Virus record (IMG/VR): IMGVR_UViG_3300020042_008065
Span: 1 to 31,037 of that record
Strand: one strand, 5' to 3'
DNA length: 31,037 bases
Source of the DNA: a virus
Lineage: Duplodnaviria; Caudoviricetes
In this document: positions 1-13,049 of the stretch, piece after piece
Position numbering within the stretch: the stretch's first letter is position 1
Layout of the letters: every line of letters starts with the position of its first letter
Position numbers and translations under genes: made by a program
Notes under the pieces: generated by a model
Database searches by the model: none
What the model was told of the DNA's origin: nothing
What the model saw: only the letters and a program-made list of their open reading frames with translations

Positions 1-2759
<2,759 letters not shown>

Positions 2760-2768
2760 GTGTAATCC

Positions 2769-3272
2769 TTAAACAGTGAGAGCAGTATAACCTGCTGATC
2801 CTACAGGATTGCCCGGAGTCACATCTGGTTCCCAGGCCTGAACAAATGCCCATCTGTGTGTTTGTGTTGTGGGGAAAGTGTCTGCATTTGACCAGGTAAA
2901 TGCCACAATCACCACAGGAATGTTGATTCTTGCGTCAGGCACAATAGGTCCTGTGTACATGCCTGCAGGCACACGCAGATTTATGGTGCCTGTGCTGGCT
3001 GATTGCACAACAGGTGCATTGTTTCCTGTGAGTTCAACCTTGGCAAAACTGCCTATTACACTACTGTTTGAAAAATTTGGTTGACCTGTGTAGCGGTTGA
3101 ACGCAATCTCATCTACCACCAGAGCCTGATAGTCTGCTGAAAATGTCCAACCTGTGATATTTGTATCAAAATTGTACAGGTACTGTTTCTGATCACTGGG
3201 GAATGCCTGTGCCGCAATGATATCATCTGGACCACCAATGTAGTCACTAAAACTTAAAACGCCGTTTGCCAT
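2769..3272 (-). CDS. Virion/tail-associated protein, possibly fibre attachment (BppU-like), 167 aa
   Basis: Strong SD (AAGGAGGAG), beta-rich sequence, directly upstream of the collagen fibre. Confidence 0.7.
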   Translation of the reverse strand: MANGVLSFSDYIGGPDDIIAAQAFPSDQKQYLYNFDTNITGWTFSADYQALVVDEIAFNRYTGQPNFSNSSVIGSFAKVELTGNNAPVVQSASTGTINLRVPAGMYTGPIVPDARINIPVVIVAFTWSNADTFPTTQTHRWAFVQAWEPDVTPGNPVGSAGYTALTV

Positions 3273-3293
3273 GTTCTCCTCCTTGGGGATGTG

Positions 3294-3327
3294 AACTGGA
3301 CTGTGGCCCAGTTAGTGTTGTTATTTA
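3294..3327 (-). promoter_or_regulatory. TAAATA putative late promoter (3322-3327) with leader hairpin (3294-3313)
   Basis: The minus strand reads TAAATA...AACTGGGC-CACA-GTCCAGTT...AAGGAGGAG-ATG. Confidence 0.55.
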
Positions 3328-3504
3328 TTGATTCACAGGCACAAGACTTTGTGTATCCGGATCGTATTCATAGTCATTTATTATGATTTTGTTAGATTGT
3401 TCACACCAGCCCTGAGCGTCAGCCGGTGGGTCTAACAAAATAATATTTTTGTAGTTTAAACTGGCAATAATCTTGTTGTTGCTGTTGTAGTAATATCTGT
3501 ACAT
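3325..3504 (-). CDS. Small hypothetical protein, 59 aa (MYRYYYNSNNKIIASL...), tail region
   Basis: Hand translation: ATG 3504 to TAA 3325, AAGGA SD at 3511-3515, fills the intergenic gap. Confidence 0.75.
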   Translation of the reverse strand: MYRYYYNSNNKIIASLNYKNIILLDPPADAQGWCEQSNKIIINDYEYDPDTQSLVPVNQ

Positions 3505-3513
3505 GCGGAATCC

Positions 3514-5256
3514 TTAGTATTGAATTGCTGTCTGAATTATGATCACATCGCTGCTGGTGCCCAGGCTAGTGAAATTTGTTAGAAAAATCTTGTTGCCGTC
3601 CACTGTGCTGCCGCCCCTTGTGGTCCAATTCAGACTTAGATCATATGTGGGAATAAGTTGCAGTGCAAGCCAATAAGTTCCTATGCTGGTATCATCAATT
3701 GTGGCTGTGGCAGTGTTGGTTGTCCAGTCCACAGTGCTCTGACTCACCAGTGTGGCAGTGGCCAGGCTTGCGCCAAACAATATGTTGACAAAAAATGCTG
3801 GTTGTGCTGTTATCTCTCCCAGTGTCAAGGTATCAGTTTGATCCTTGTAGTAGTATTCTTCAACCACTGTTGGAAGTTTAATTTCAAAACTCAAACTATT
3901 GAAGGTTTGTGTAAGTGTGGTGCTTTGTGAGATCCAGTTGCTTCTATTTCCTGTGTTGGCAATATCATAGATGCCATAATCAAGAGTTGTTGCACTCATG
4001 GCAGCTAGTTTAGACATCACTGTGGTGTTACTGATAGTGAACACATTCTGCACAAGCACAGGAACATCTGTGATAGTTTTTCCTGTGACTGACTCAAAGG
4101 TAGTGTTGTACTTGTCAAATATACCACCTGCTGCAGAAGCACTGTTCTGAGCAATCAGGTTGTCCAACAATTTCAACAGTGCTGTGAGTGCCAGGGTATT
4201 CAGAATGTTTCCTGACGAATCTAATGCATTGGTTGTGGGTGTGAGTGCATCAGTGGTCTGCACAGGCACAAATCCAATAAAGCTCACCACAGGTGAGAAT
4301 GGTCCGGCTGTGGTTGAATTGATTCCTCGTGTTTTCACATAGTAGTTGGCAGTGGCCACTTGATTGTATTCCAGTGTGACCACATCGCCTGAATCAAAAG
4401 ATCCACCTCCAACAGGTGTCTGACTGCCTACTGAGACAAAGTTTGTGTTGTCAGTGCTGACCCAGAACTCCATGCTTTCCACAATGCCTGCAGGCACCAC
4501 TGTTTCAATCACAATGCCTGGTCTGACATCTGTTGCAAAATTGTAGATCACCGGAGTGATAGGTGCAGAGATTGATCCAATGCCCACAATACCATTTCTA
4601 TCTGTGCGTATAAAACGACCAAGATCAGCTGTGCTGTACACGTTGGCATCATAGGCCAAGGCAGTGATCTCAATCTGTATGCTGCCAGATTCTGTGTCAA
4701 CTTCTCTTAGGCTGATGATTCTGAATGGTTTGGCTGAGAACTGATAGATGTCATTGGTCACTGAGATGATGTCACCGGCATTGAGACTCAGAGTACTGTA
4801 GTCAGATATAAAAGTGATGATCTGGTCAATACGGCTTTGTTTGAGTTCTATTAGACCAATGATTGTGGCCTGCACAGGTTCGTTGCACATTTGCAAAGTC
4901 ATCTGCAGAGTGCTGTCTGGTTCATTGGGATAACGGTCTACTTCAGGAATCTCAATTTCAATAAAGTCTGTGCCATCACTGGTGTCACGCAAGGGAAACT
5001 CAACTCTGACTCTGTTGAACAGATTCTGCAGGCTGGTTCCTGACACCTGAATAGGTCCAATGATGTTGGCATTGGTAAACGACTTCACACTGGAACCTGT
5101 GGTGTTGATAATCACACTCCATAGGCCTGTGTGTATGTCGTAGCTCATGAAAGTGCCGCAGGCATTGCACAGGGTTTCCAGATTGCTCATCACAGCTGCC
5201 TTGGTGTCAAGGATACCGTTTATCTTGTATCGTGCGGGTAATATTGATGTGGTCAT
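3514..5256 (-). CDS. Tail tip / central fibre protein, gpJ-like C-terminal part, 580 aa
   Basis: RYxINGxLDT...NL..L..AC, FNRVRVEFP and GDIISVT...F..K.FRI motifs typical of tip attachment proteins, followed by an FnIII-like segment. Confidence 0.75.
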   Translation of the reverse strand: MTTSILPARYKINGILDTKAAVMSNLETLCNACGTFMSYDIHTGLWSVIINTTGSSVKSFTNANIIGPIQVSGTSLQNLFNRVRVEFPLRDTSDGTDFIEIEIPEVDRYPNEPDSTLQMTLQMCNEPVQATIIGLIELKQSRIDQIITFISDYSTLSLNAGDIISVTNDIYQFSAKPFRIISLREVDTESGSIQIEITALAYDANVYSTADLGRFIRTDRNGIVGIGSISAPITPVIYNFATDVRPGIVIETVVPAGIVESMEFWVSTDNTNFVSVGSQTPVGGGSFDSGDVVTLEYNQVATANYYVKTRGINSTTAGPFSPVVSFIGFVPVQTTDALTPTTNALDSSGNILNTLALTALLKLLDNLIAQNSASAAGGIFDKYNTTFESVTGKTITDVPVLVQNVFTISNTTVMSKLAAMSATTLDYGIYDIANTGNRSNWISQSTTLTQTFNSLSFEIKLPTVVEEYYYKDQTDTLTLGEITAQPAFFVNILFGASLATATLVSQSTVDWTTNTATATIDDTSIGTYWLALQLIPTYDLSLNWTTRGGSTVDGNKIFLTNFTSLGTSSDVIIIQTAIQY

Positions 5257-5265
5257 TGGTGTTCC

Positions 5266-7917
5266 TTAAACTGGAAAATTTTGTGTAAAGCTCAACTGTG
5301 ATGGATAGCCCAGCAAGGGATTGCCACCCAAGGGTACCTGCCGTACACCACCACCAGTGTATTTGAACATGCCAAAGGTGACTTCAGCTGTGTATGCCGG
5401 TGAAACAACCTGAGTACTTGCACTGACAAAAAACAACGGTTTGGTATTCATGGCTGCATGGGCACCAAGTATGGTGCTGTAGGCACTTTCATAACAGCCA
5501 GGCCCTGTGGCAGATGTTTCAACACCCACACCTGGAGTTATGGCTGTGAATACATATTCTGGTGCTGAAAAATTCAAAGTGGCTCCTGGTCTACTTATGG
5601 TCAACACTGTGCTTAGATTCCAATTTGAACTGTTTGGATAATTGTAAAACTGTCTATCCATTCTGATGTTAAGACTCTTGGCTGTGGGCCAGGTTCCTGC
5701 AAATGATCCTCCGCGACCCCAGGACCATACAGTGCTGCTGCCTGCTTTGAGTGCAATGCCAGTTACCCAGAGATACATTGAGCTCCAGTATTCGTAGTTG
5801 CTGTGTGTGCCAAACATATACCAGGGAATCTGCCGCAGACTACCAACAATAACTGATCCTGCAACATAACCTCCCGTGATGTCATCGTACTGCCATCTTG
5901 CAGGTCCTGAAAAGTTATCTACCTGACCACCTGCCACTGCAAATGCTGATGTGGTCATGTTCATGTTGCTGTAGAAAGCAGGGCCCCAGGTGGCAGGATT
6001 CACAGCGGTTCTTGTGGTGAAGTCGCCAGGCACAGGCATGGCCAGAGTGGCATCTCTTGACCTGATCCTGGCCATGTTTGATGTGACATTACTGTTGCTG
6101 CTTGCGGTGGTGAACTGTATGGTGCTTTGTGAGGCTGAGTTGGCTGTGCTTGTGACATCAATCTGATCAGAGGCAACATTTCCATAATACAATGGACTAT
6201 ACGCAGTGATCATGATGTTGCCAGTGGTTTCAACATCACCAATGTGATATGGTGCTCTTAGATTAGCAGTGGTCACTGTGGTGGTATTGTCAAGTGTGTA
6301 GGGATAAAGATCAAATGTACCTGTGCGTTGCTGTCCATATCGTTGTAGATAGCTGGCTGTGATACCTGTGCTGGGCAGTGTCACGGTCCAGGTCAGTCGC
6401 CAATCTTCTGCATTGATAATTTTTGCATTGCTTTGAGTCGCAGCGCCGCCATCGTCCTGGGCTCCTGTGTCTTGATGCAACAACATCACTGTGTTGGTAT
6501 CATTGAGAAAACTCACAGCAGGTTTTGCAAAAGTTCCTGTATAACGCACCGTGTTGCTGAGACGAATCTCATCAAAGTAGCCACGCAGTCCATTGGGCCT
6601 AGTGGTAGTCTCAGAGAAATGACCCATGACCAAGCGAGCAGGTGTGGATACTGGACATGTTATGAGTCCTGCACCAGGCAAAGGAACACTACTATACATC
6701 TGATTCATAACCTGCTGCCCGTTCACGTAGAGTCGCAAGAGATTGTCAGTGGTTCTGGTCACAGCCACATGCATGGGAGTGTTTAGAGAAAATTCTGTGT
6801 ACAACACCTCTGGACCACCGCCTGAACCACGACCTATCAGAGCCAGCACTGTTAGTCCGGTACTGTTGTAAGGACTTAGAGGACCCAGTATTCTCAGCTG
6901 AATCTGATCAGTGATTCCAGGTGTTCCTACTACATTACCACCTCCAGTGATATAATTTTGATAGTAGTTTGCTTCACCATCAGACGTAAACAACACCTGA
7001 CTTATGTTGAGATAACCTTCAAATGTGAACTCTGCAGCACTCACTGTGTTGTTCAAGAGATTCAACACACTAGGTGCTGTGGTATTGAGGTTGTTGAACC
7101 CTGCCATTGAGAATGCACTGTTAAAATAACCTGATGCCAAGGGCAAGTTGTTGGGTTCTGGATTTACTATAATGGGAGTTCGTTGTGCTCCAGACTGTTG
7201 AACCACTAGACTGTTTAGATGTGCATTGATATTGGTTCCGGTTCCGGCCAGGCTCAATCTTGCAACGTTGGCACTGACTGCGGTAAAGGTGTTGGTAGTG
7301 AGTGTGGTGTTGCTAGTGGTAAACAGACGCACTGCATTGAAAGGATCCTGTGTGTCAATGGTAAAAGTGTATGAGTTTGACAAGGGTGCTTCATTGCCAA
7401 TCTGACACACCTGTGTGGAATTCAACACAGTGTTGGCATTGGCAGTGTAGATCACATCATTGGGTGCCGGTATCAACAGAGGTTTTTCAGCAAAGAATAA
7501 GTTGTAAGGAATGCTGTAGGTATAACCAGCACTGTTGGCACTGGCCAGCGTGAGTGTTAGACTCACATTGCCAAAAAAGTTCAAGGGCGGATTAAAGCTG
7601 GCGTCAGATGTGAGCCAGTCTTGTGTGCTGTGTATGTTGCCGGCTGAATAAACACCTGTGACCACATTGCTGGTCACAACAACATTGGGACTTTCAGCTG
7701 CTGTGACAAAAGTTATGTTACCGCTGGCTGCATTGGCCAAGGTATAGGTGGCAGTGATACCTGTGCTGACCAGAATATTGCCCATGGTCTGAATCATGGC
7801 CCAGGAAGGCGGAGTGATAATCAAGGCATCATCTTCAACACCAGACACATACTGAGTATCAACCTGATACACAACATTGGAACTGCTGAAACTGTTGAGA
7901 CTGGCCAGAGTGGTCAT
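5266..7917 (-). CDS. Large virion protein with a ConA/LamG-like lectin domain, 883 aa
   Basis: FTFEG, HVAVTR...LRLYVNG and GYFDEIRLSNTVRYTGTF...F.ND.NT..LLH match the LamG-like pattern seen in phage tail proteins. Confidence 0.75.
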   Translation of the reverse strand: MTTLASLNSFSSSNVVYQVDTQYVSGVEDDALIITPPSWAMIQTMGNILVSTGITATYTLANAASGNITFVTAAESPNVVVTSNVVTGVYSAGNIHSTQDWLTSDASFNPPLNFFGNVSLTLTLASANSAGYTYSIPYNLFFAEKPLLIPAPNDVIYTANANTVLNSTQVCQIGNEAPLSNSYTFTIDTQDPFNAVRLFTTSNTTLTTNTFTAVSANVARLSLAGTGTNINAHLNSLVVQQSGAQRTPIIVNPEPNNLPLASGYFNSAFSMAGFNNLNTTAPSVLNLLNNTVSAAEFTFEGYLNISQVLFTSDGEANYYQNYITGGGNVVGTPGITDQIQLRILGPLSPYNSTGLTVLALIGRGSGGGPEVLYTEFSLNTPMHVAVTRTTDNLLRLYVNGQQVMNQMYSSVPLPGAGLITCPVSTPARLVMGHFSETTTRPNGLRGYFDEIRLSNTVRYTGTFAKPAVSFLNDTNTVMLLHQDTGAQDDGGAATQSNAKIINAEDWRLTWTVTLPSTGITASYLQRYGQQRTGTFDLYPYTLDNTTTVTTANLRAPYHIGDVETTGNIMITAYSPLYYGNVASDQIDVTSTANSASQSTIQFTTASSNSNVTSNMARIRSRDATLAMPVPGDFTTRTAVNPATWGPAFYSNMNMTTSAFAVAGGQVDNFSGPARWQYDDITGGYVAGSVIVGSLRQIPWYMFGTHSNYEYWSSMYLWVTGIALKAGSSTVWSWGRGGSFAGTWPTAKSLNIRMDRQFYNYPNSSNWNLSTVLTISRPGATLNFSAPEYVFTAITPGVGVETSATGPGCYESAYSTILGAHAAMNTKPLFFVSASTQVVSPAYTAEVTFGMFKYTGGGVRQVPLGGNPLLGYPSQLSFTQNFPV

Positions 7918-8345
7918 TACACCGGAACTCCTGTCACAGCCAGCACAAAGTTTCCTGCAGCACTGTTGGTATTGGTCACGGTGGCAGTGAGATTTATATT
8001 TCCTGTGTTGCCTGCAGCAGGGGTCACTGTGGCAAGACTGGCATTCCAGTCCACAACAGTTTTGATACCACGGATCACATACACGCCTGTGCTGGGATTG
8101 GTAATTGTGAGTGGGTTTTGACTCAGAGCACTGTTCACAAAGGTGACCTGTGTGGTTGCATTGCCGGTGCTGTAACTGACCTGCACTCCGTTGCCGGTGA
8201 GAGCGCCCAGAGGTCTTGCTGCGTCCCAGGTACAGATTGGTGCCAGAAAACTTTCAGCCACTGTTCTGGTCAGCACAATAGTTGTGGCAGTGAATGTGAT
8301 ATTGCCTGAACTAAAGGTGTTGAGACTGGCTAGTGTTGATGTCAT
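7917..8345 (-). CDS. Virion protein, 142 aa, paralogous to the N-terminus of the 883-aa protein
   Basis: Overlapping stop/start on both sides; TLASLN(T/S)FSS and GVY...I.(T/S)..DW shared with the next gene. Confidence 0.75.
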   Translation of the reverse strand: MTSTLASLNTFSSGNITFTATTIVLTRTVAESFLAPICTWDAARPLGALTGNGVQVSYSTGNATTQVTFVNSALSQNPLTITNPSTGVYVIRGIKTVVDWNASLATVTPAAGNTGNINLTATVTNTNSAAGNFVLAVTGVPV

Positions 8346-9136
8346 GATGCGTTTATGTCACTAGCAGCAATACCAGCACCATATCGTGTGTTGGTCATGT
8401 AGTCATAGATACAATCACCTGGCAGGCTCATGGAGTTGGTTAGACTGAACTGCATGTTTGGCACTCCACTCACACCTTTGTCTTTGGTGTATGTTATCTT
8501 CACAATGGCAAACACAAGATCTGACATGGTCCAGGTGCTGTCCCAGTTGGGCATGATGCTGTAGGCTGGCAACAGACCAGCATTGGTATAGTATTCTGGC
8601 ACCACAGGTACTGCGCTGCCGTTGGCATAGCAGTAGATCTGCACAAGATTTCGCACACTGATGTCCTGGTTGCCTTCTCTATCAATCATGTAGTCTGCTG
8701 TGATACCATCACTTTGAAAAATCACACGATTGTCATTGAGAAACACATCATTGAACACAAATGCACTGTCAGTTGCGGTGCTGAGTCTGGTGCCTGTTTT
8801 TTCACACAAGGTAATCACATAGTACATGTTGAGCCGGTCACTAGTGAGAAAGGCATCTGTTATCACACCACCAAAAGTGGCTGCACCATACACCACAGGA
8901 ATCTTGTAGTCGCTGGCTGGAGGTACCTGCAGACGCACACCAGGATCCACACGAGCCGTTGGTGGTGGCACTTGATTTTCATTGCTCTTGTTGATGGTAC
9001 TGTTCACACGATTCAGTGTGTAACCCAGCAGTGCTGTCTTGGCAAGATTAGCACCAATGCTGCTGCTGGTGAAAAAATTCACAACACCGCCCAGCAGCGT
9101 TTTACCGGTGTCTACAAGATCATCAAACCAACTCAT
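8342..9136 (-). CDS. Tail tip protein, gpJ-like N-terminal part, 264 aa
   Basis: IPVVYG and PGDCIYDYMTNTRYGAG motifs; follows the hub gene. Confidence 0.7.
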   Translation of the reverse strand: MSWFDDLVDTGKTLLGGVVNFFTSSSIGANLAKTALLGYTLNRVNSTINKSNENQVPPPTARVDPGVRLQVPPASDYKIPVVYGAATFGGVITDAFLTSDRLNMYYVITLCEKTGTRLSTATDSAFVFNDVFLNDNRVIFQSDGITADYMIDREGNQDISVRNLVQIYCYANGSAVPVVPEYYTNAGLLPAYSIMPNWDSTWTMSDLVFAIVKITYTKDKGVSGVPNMQFSLTNSMSLPGDCIYDYMTNTRYGAGIAASDINAS

Positions 9137-9702
9137 GCAGGTGCTCCAAAATTAAAGTTACTGTTGATCAAACTGGGCACACGATTCATTGAATTGTCAC
9201 CCGGATAGAATTTTTGTTGATCAGTGGGATTTGAAAAGCGGCCAGCCAATTTGGTATTGAGCACACCAATAAGACTGCTGCAGGTCAGAATGATTGTGAC
9301 TGTGCTGCTTCTGGTTTCGTTGTCCCAGTCCTCTTGCAAGGCAAAGTTGTTGACCAGGCCCACAAACTTGCCCACTGGCGCTGTGATATCTGCACCTGTG
9401 TTGGGATCAAACAGGCCACGGTATATCTCCACAGGTGAGCCTTTGATCTTGTAGTCCAGCACACTGTCAATGTTGGTGGTGGGAATGCCACTCAGAGTGA
9501 TTGTGAGTTCTTGTTCACTCAGTCTCATTTGACTTTCCGTGCTGCTCACATCCATGAGACTGCCCAGTGCTGCATAACTTTCACTGTTGATGGTGTAGGG
9601 CCGGTAGAAGTCACTAAACCTTAGAACCTGATAGTCTTCCACGTCTATTCTCACAAATAGACTGCTCCATATGGCAGGGTATGCTGAAAGGTCAGTGCTC
9701 AT
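9133..9702 (-). CDS. Baseplate hub / minor tail protein (gpL/DUF2163-like), 189 aa
   Basis: Synteny after the distal tail gene; LTITLSGIP, VEIYRGLFD and QQKFYPGD motifs. Confidence 0.7.
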   Translation of the reverse strand: MSTDLSAYPAIWSSLFVRIDVEDYQVLRFSDFYRPYTINSESYAALGSLMDVSSTESQMRLSEQELTITLSGIPTTNIDSVLDYKIKGSPVEIYRGLFDPNTGADITAPVGKFVGLVNNFALQEDWDNETRSSTVTIILTCSSLIGVLNTKLAGRFSNPTDQQKFYPGDNSMNRVPSLINSNFNFGAPA

Positions 9703-10322
9703 ACCAGGCTTTCATAGAAAACAAATGCACCAGACCAACTGATCTGATCTCTTGAGAATATGGTCCACTGTGGGAAGTCTGTGCAGATCACTGACCAGGT
9801 CACATTGATGCCAACAGGCAAGGCTGTGGCTGAGGCCTGTGTGGCATCAATGATGGGTCTGTGCAAGGTCACTGTGTTGGAGTTGAAGGCCACATTGGCT
9901 GCAACTTTGTAGACTTTGCCTGCTGCGCCCAGCTGTATGTAATCACCTGCTTTGAACTTGAAGCCTGAACTGGTGGTTGGTGAAGTTGTGAGTGTGAGTG
10001 TGGTGCCACCTTGTGTCCAGGTTCCCTCAAATCCTGTGCTGTTCACACTGTTGCCTTGATAGGCAGTGAACCAGGAGTTGTAGCCTGCGTCATTGATCTG
10101 CACTGTGCTCACTGTGGTTCTGTCCAGGGCTTCTGCCAGGGCAATGTTCTGGCGATACTCGCTCCAGGCAGGACCATCTGGTAGTTTCACAGTGAATCGC
10201 CATACCTGTCCACCGCGACTGGTTGAACGCACTGTGCCGTCTCTAGTGATTGTGGTTCCAACCACTTTCTTTGTGTCAAGACTCATGGTCTCAGCACCAT
10301 CAAATATCCATTGGAAGCTCAT
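9699..10322 (-). CDS. Distal tail protein (Dit-like), 207 aa
   Basis: Immediately after the tape measure gene; W.FTV.LP, FKAGDYIQ and C-terminal F.FYE motifs. Confidence 0.7.
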   Translation of the reverse strand: MSFQWIFDGAETMSLDTKKVVGTTITRDGTVRSTSRGGQVWRFTVKLPDGPAWSEYRQNIALAEALDRTTVSTVQINDAGYNSWFTAYQGNSVNSTGFEGTWTQGGTTLTLTTSPTTSSGFKFKAGDYIQLGAAGKVYKVAANVAFNSNTVTLHRPIIDATQASATALPVGINVTWSVICTDFPQWTIFSRDQISWSGAFVFYESLV

Positions 10323-10325
10323 GTG

Positions 10326-12764
10326 TTATCTCCTTTGTGGGATGCCTCTGGCACCTTGTTGGACCACAGCATGAACAAATCCTGGGTCTTGAGCCAGTAG
10401 AGACTGAAAACTTCTTGCGTCTACTGCATTGATATTGTAGGTGATATTGGTTGAGCCACCTAGACCTGACACAGGAGTTATGTTGGCAGGTCCAGAAATC
10501 AATTCAGGACCAGATTCGCCTACCATGCCAAATCGTCCTGCACCAATCTGTCCACCGCCAGCAAAGAAACCATCAAACAGGCTGCTGATTCCTGAACCAA
10601 TTGAGTCAAATATTGATCCAACTGTGCCGGTCACACCAGTGAATATACTACCAATGGTGTCAAAGATACCGCCACCTCCGCCGCCTCCTCCGCCGCCAAT
10701 GCCTCCTCCAGAAGCCATGTTGTTGCTGTTGCCCAGTAGACTACCAATTAGATTGCTGCCACCGCCACCACCACCACCACTGCCTACATCTATCACATAC
10801 ATGGGATTGTTGGCACTAGTGCCCACGCTGGCTGAGCCGCCGCCACCAAACAAGTTGCCAAAGCCAAAGGCTGTGCCCAGGCTGGCCAGGGTCTCACGAA
10901 TCTGACTGCGCAACAGTTCTTCCAGCATGCTGTTTACAAATCCTTGCCATTCAAACTTGCCTGTCTTGGCAAAGTCCACAATGAGATCTTCCAGTCCTGA
11001 AGTAAACTTGGCAAACATGCGTTCTGCTTTGGCAGCAGCATTGGTTGCATTTTCTACATATTCTTTGAAGGCCCGGTTCCAGCCTGTGCTGAATGTTCTT
11101 GAACTGTCATACAGTTTCTTCTGACTTGTGACCAAGCGATCAGTGCCTTGGCGAGCCCGGGCATAGTACTCCTGAATCTCCTGAGTATTCAGGGGTGCAC
11201 CACGACGTGCTTCTTCTGCACGGACAGCAGCACGGGCTGAATCATCTGCGGCTCTCACAATGTCTCTGTATTTTTTCTCTATGTCCAAGAGTCCAACATC
11301 AGCTGTTTCACGCTGTAGGTTCAGCAACTTGTCTTGTAGATCATATTCTGAACGAATGCCAAATAGTCTGCGTTCCTCAAGATTCTGTAGGCGACCAGCA
11401 TTGTCAATGGCCTGACTTACTCTTGCTTGTTCCAGCACAGTGAGTCTTTGAATCTCAGCAATCTGTTGATCATACACAGCACCCAGGCCCAGTTGTTTTT
11501 CTTTTTCGCTGAGTGCTTCTTTGGCTGTTCTAAGTTTGTCAATTTCATCAGCACTGCGTTTGGCCAAGGCTGCTTGTGCTTTTTGTGTGTCTTGATACTG
11601 GCGACTGGTGCCAATCAGTTGTGCATCTAGATTGATCTGGTCCAGAGTCTGAGCATTCACACGACTAAATTCAGTCACCTGTGCCTGAATGCTTTTGACC
11701 TTGTCGTCTATGGCTGATTTGGCATTTCTCTGAGCCTGAGTATTCAGATCAGTTTCTGTTGTGTTTGTGGCTGTGGCAGCAGTGGCAGTGTCTGTGCTGT
11801 CAGACCATAATCCAAAAGCAGCAGCGCCTGCAGCTATAGGTGCAATCACAGCACTCACTATGTCGCGTAACTTGCCTAGAGGACTGTTGATGGTGTTGGC
11901 ACCGTTGCCAATACCTTTGAATATGCTGCCCAGTTTGCCGCCCAGACTTGTGAGCAAACTAAAACCTCTTGCTACCATGCCCAGGGCACCAATCAGTGCT
12001 CTGGCTCCTGTGATTGCAAGAGCAGTGGCTATCACAACTCCCAGCACTCTGAATGCCTGTGTGATACTAGGCATCAGAGTCAACAACTGACTCAGGGCTG
12101 TGATTGCTGGTCCAAAGGCTTCTAGAAAACTCAGTCTCAATTTGTCAGTGCTGGCAGCCCATTGATCATTGAGTTCAGCTGCTCGTGCTATGCTGGCAGC
12201 TGTGGTGCGTGCCTGTTCACCACCGGCAGCCAGGCTGGTGATGAAGTTGGGATCAATGTTGAGACTGCGTCCGGCCTTGCCCAGCAGTTCCATTTGCAGT
12301 GCTGCTTTCTGAGCACTGGGTGGTAACTGGCTGAGTCGTTCCAGAGTTTTGACAAATAATTCTTGTTCACTCAGCGTGTTGATATCTGCAAGACTGATGC
12401 CCAGTTTGCTGAATGCTGATTGTGCAGCAATGCTGCCATCCACTGCTGACTGTATGCTGGCGTAGAATGTGAACAAGGCCTTGCTGGCATTCTCAACACT
12501 ACCGCCTCCGGCTTTGACTGCTGTCTGAAAAGCCAGGATACGGTCACTGGCAATACCTGTGGCATCGCTGATGTCTTGTAGGGCGTCAGCCAGAGCAATT
12601 GCACCACGTGCAAAACCCACACCGCTGCCCAGCAGCACTCCTGTGAGTACTGTTTTGAGACCCAGCATGCGTTTCTGCACACTATCAATACTGGTCTGTA
12701 GTGTGTTTAGACTTTGTAATCCTGTTACGCCAATGTCTACTGTGTATTTTTGTTCACCTGCCAT
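10326..12764 (-). CDS. Tail tape measure protein, 812 aa
   Basis: Long Ala-rich helical ORF; lambda-like C-terminal region (GW..AF.EY..., F.KTGK..W..F..S), FAGGG...GMVGESGPEL and NITYNINAVDA.SF. Confidence 0.92.
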   Translation of the reverse strand: MAGEQKYTVDIGVTGLQSLNTLQTSIDSVQKRMLGLKTVLTGVLLGSGVGFARGAIALADALQDISDATGIASDRILAFQTAVKAGGGSVENASKALFTFYASIQSAVDGSIAAQSAFSKLGISLADINTLSEQELFVKTLERLSQLPPSAQKAALQMELLGKAGRSLNIDPNFITSLAAGGEQARTTAASIARAAELNDQWAASTDKLRLSFLEAFGPAITALSQLLTLMPSITQAFRVLGVVIATALAITGARALIGALGMVARGFSLLTSLGGKLGSIFKGIGNGANTINSPLGKLRDIVSAVIAPIAAGAAAFGLWSDSTDTATAATATNTTETDLNTQAQRNAKSAIDDKVKSIQAQVTEFSRVNAQTLDQINLDAQLIGTSRQYQDTQKAQAALAKRSADEIDKLRTAKEALSEKEKQLGLGAVYDQQIAEIQRLTVLEQARVSQAIDNAGRLQNLEERRLFGIRSEYDLQDKLLNLQRETADVGLLDIEKKYRDIVRAADDSARAAVRAEEARRGAPLNTQEIQEYYARARQGTDRLVTSQKKLYDSSRTFSTGWNRAFKEYVENATNAAAKAERMFAKFTSGLEDLIVDFAKTGKFEWQGFVNSMLEELLRSQIRETLASLGTAFGFGNLFGGGGSASVGTSANNPMYVIDVGSGGGGGGGSNLIGSLLGNSNNMASGGGIGGGGGGGGGGIFDTIGSIFTGVTGTVGSIFDSIGSGISSLFDGFFAGGGQIGAGRFGMVGESGPELISGPANITPVSGLGGSTNITYNINAVDARSFQSLLAQDPGFVHAVVQQGARGIPQRR

Positions 12765-13049
12765 TTAGAGCCTCATTATTTTGTTGATTTCACGGTTGAT
12801 GAATCGTTGAACAGGTGCTGACATACCATCAGGTGCCTGTTTGCTCCAGCCTTGATCCAGCCGCTGAGCATAAGGGTACAGTGCTTCAATGGTGCGTCCA
12901 CGTAGTCTGGTATGGCGGCGTGCGTTGCCTGAGCGAACAGGAGTTTGCTGCACAAATTCTGCATGTGCAGCAGCAGGAAGTGCTCTGAGAGCAGCCTGCA
13001 TTCGTTTGATACTGGGTGTGATAGTATCTGTGACCAATGTAACATTCAT
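12765..13049 (-). CDS. HK97 gp10-like tail completion protein, 94 aa
   Basis: TPVRSGNARR...YPYA.RLD.GWSKQAP.GM..P motif; basic. Confidence 0.7.
   Translation of the reverse strand: MNVTLVTDTITPSIKRMQAALRALPAAAHAEFVQQTPVRSGNARRHTRLRGRTIEALYPYAQRLDQGWSKQAPDGMSAPVQRFINREINKIMRL

Noticed and set aside
10441-10905. Plus-strand poly-Pro ORF
   Set aside because: It is the antisense read of the Gly-rich tape measure C-terminus.
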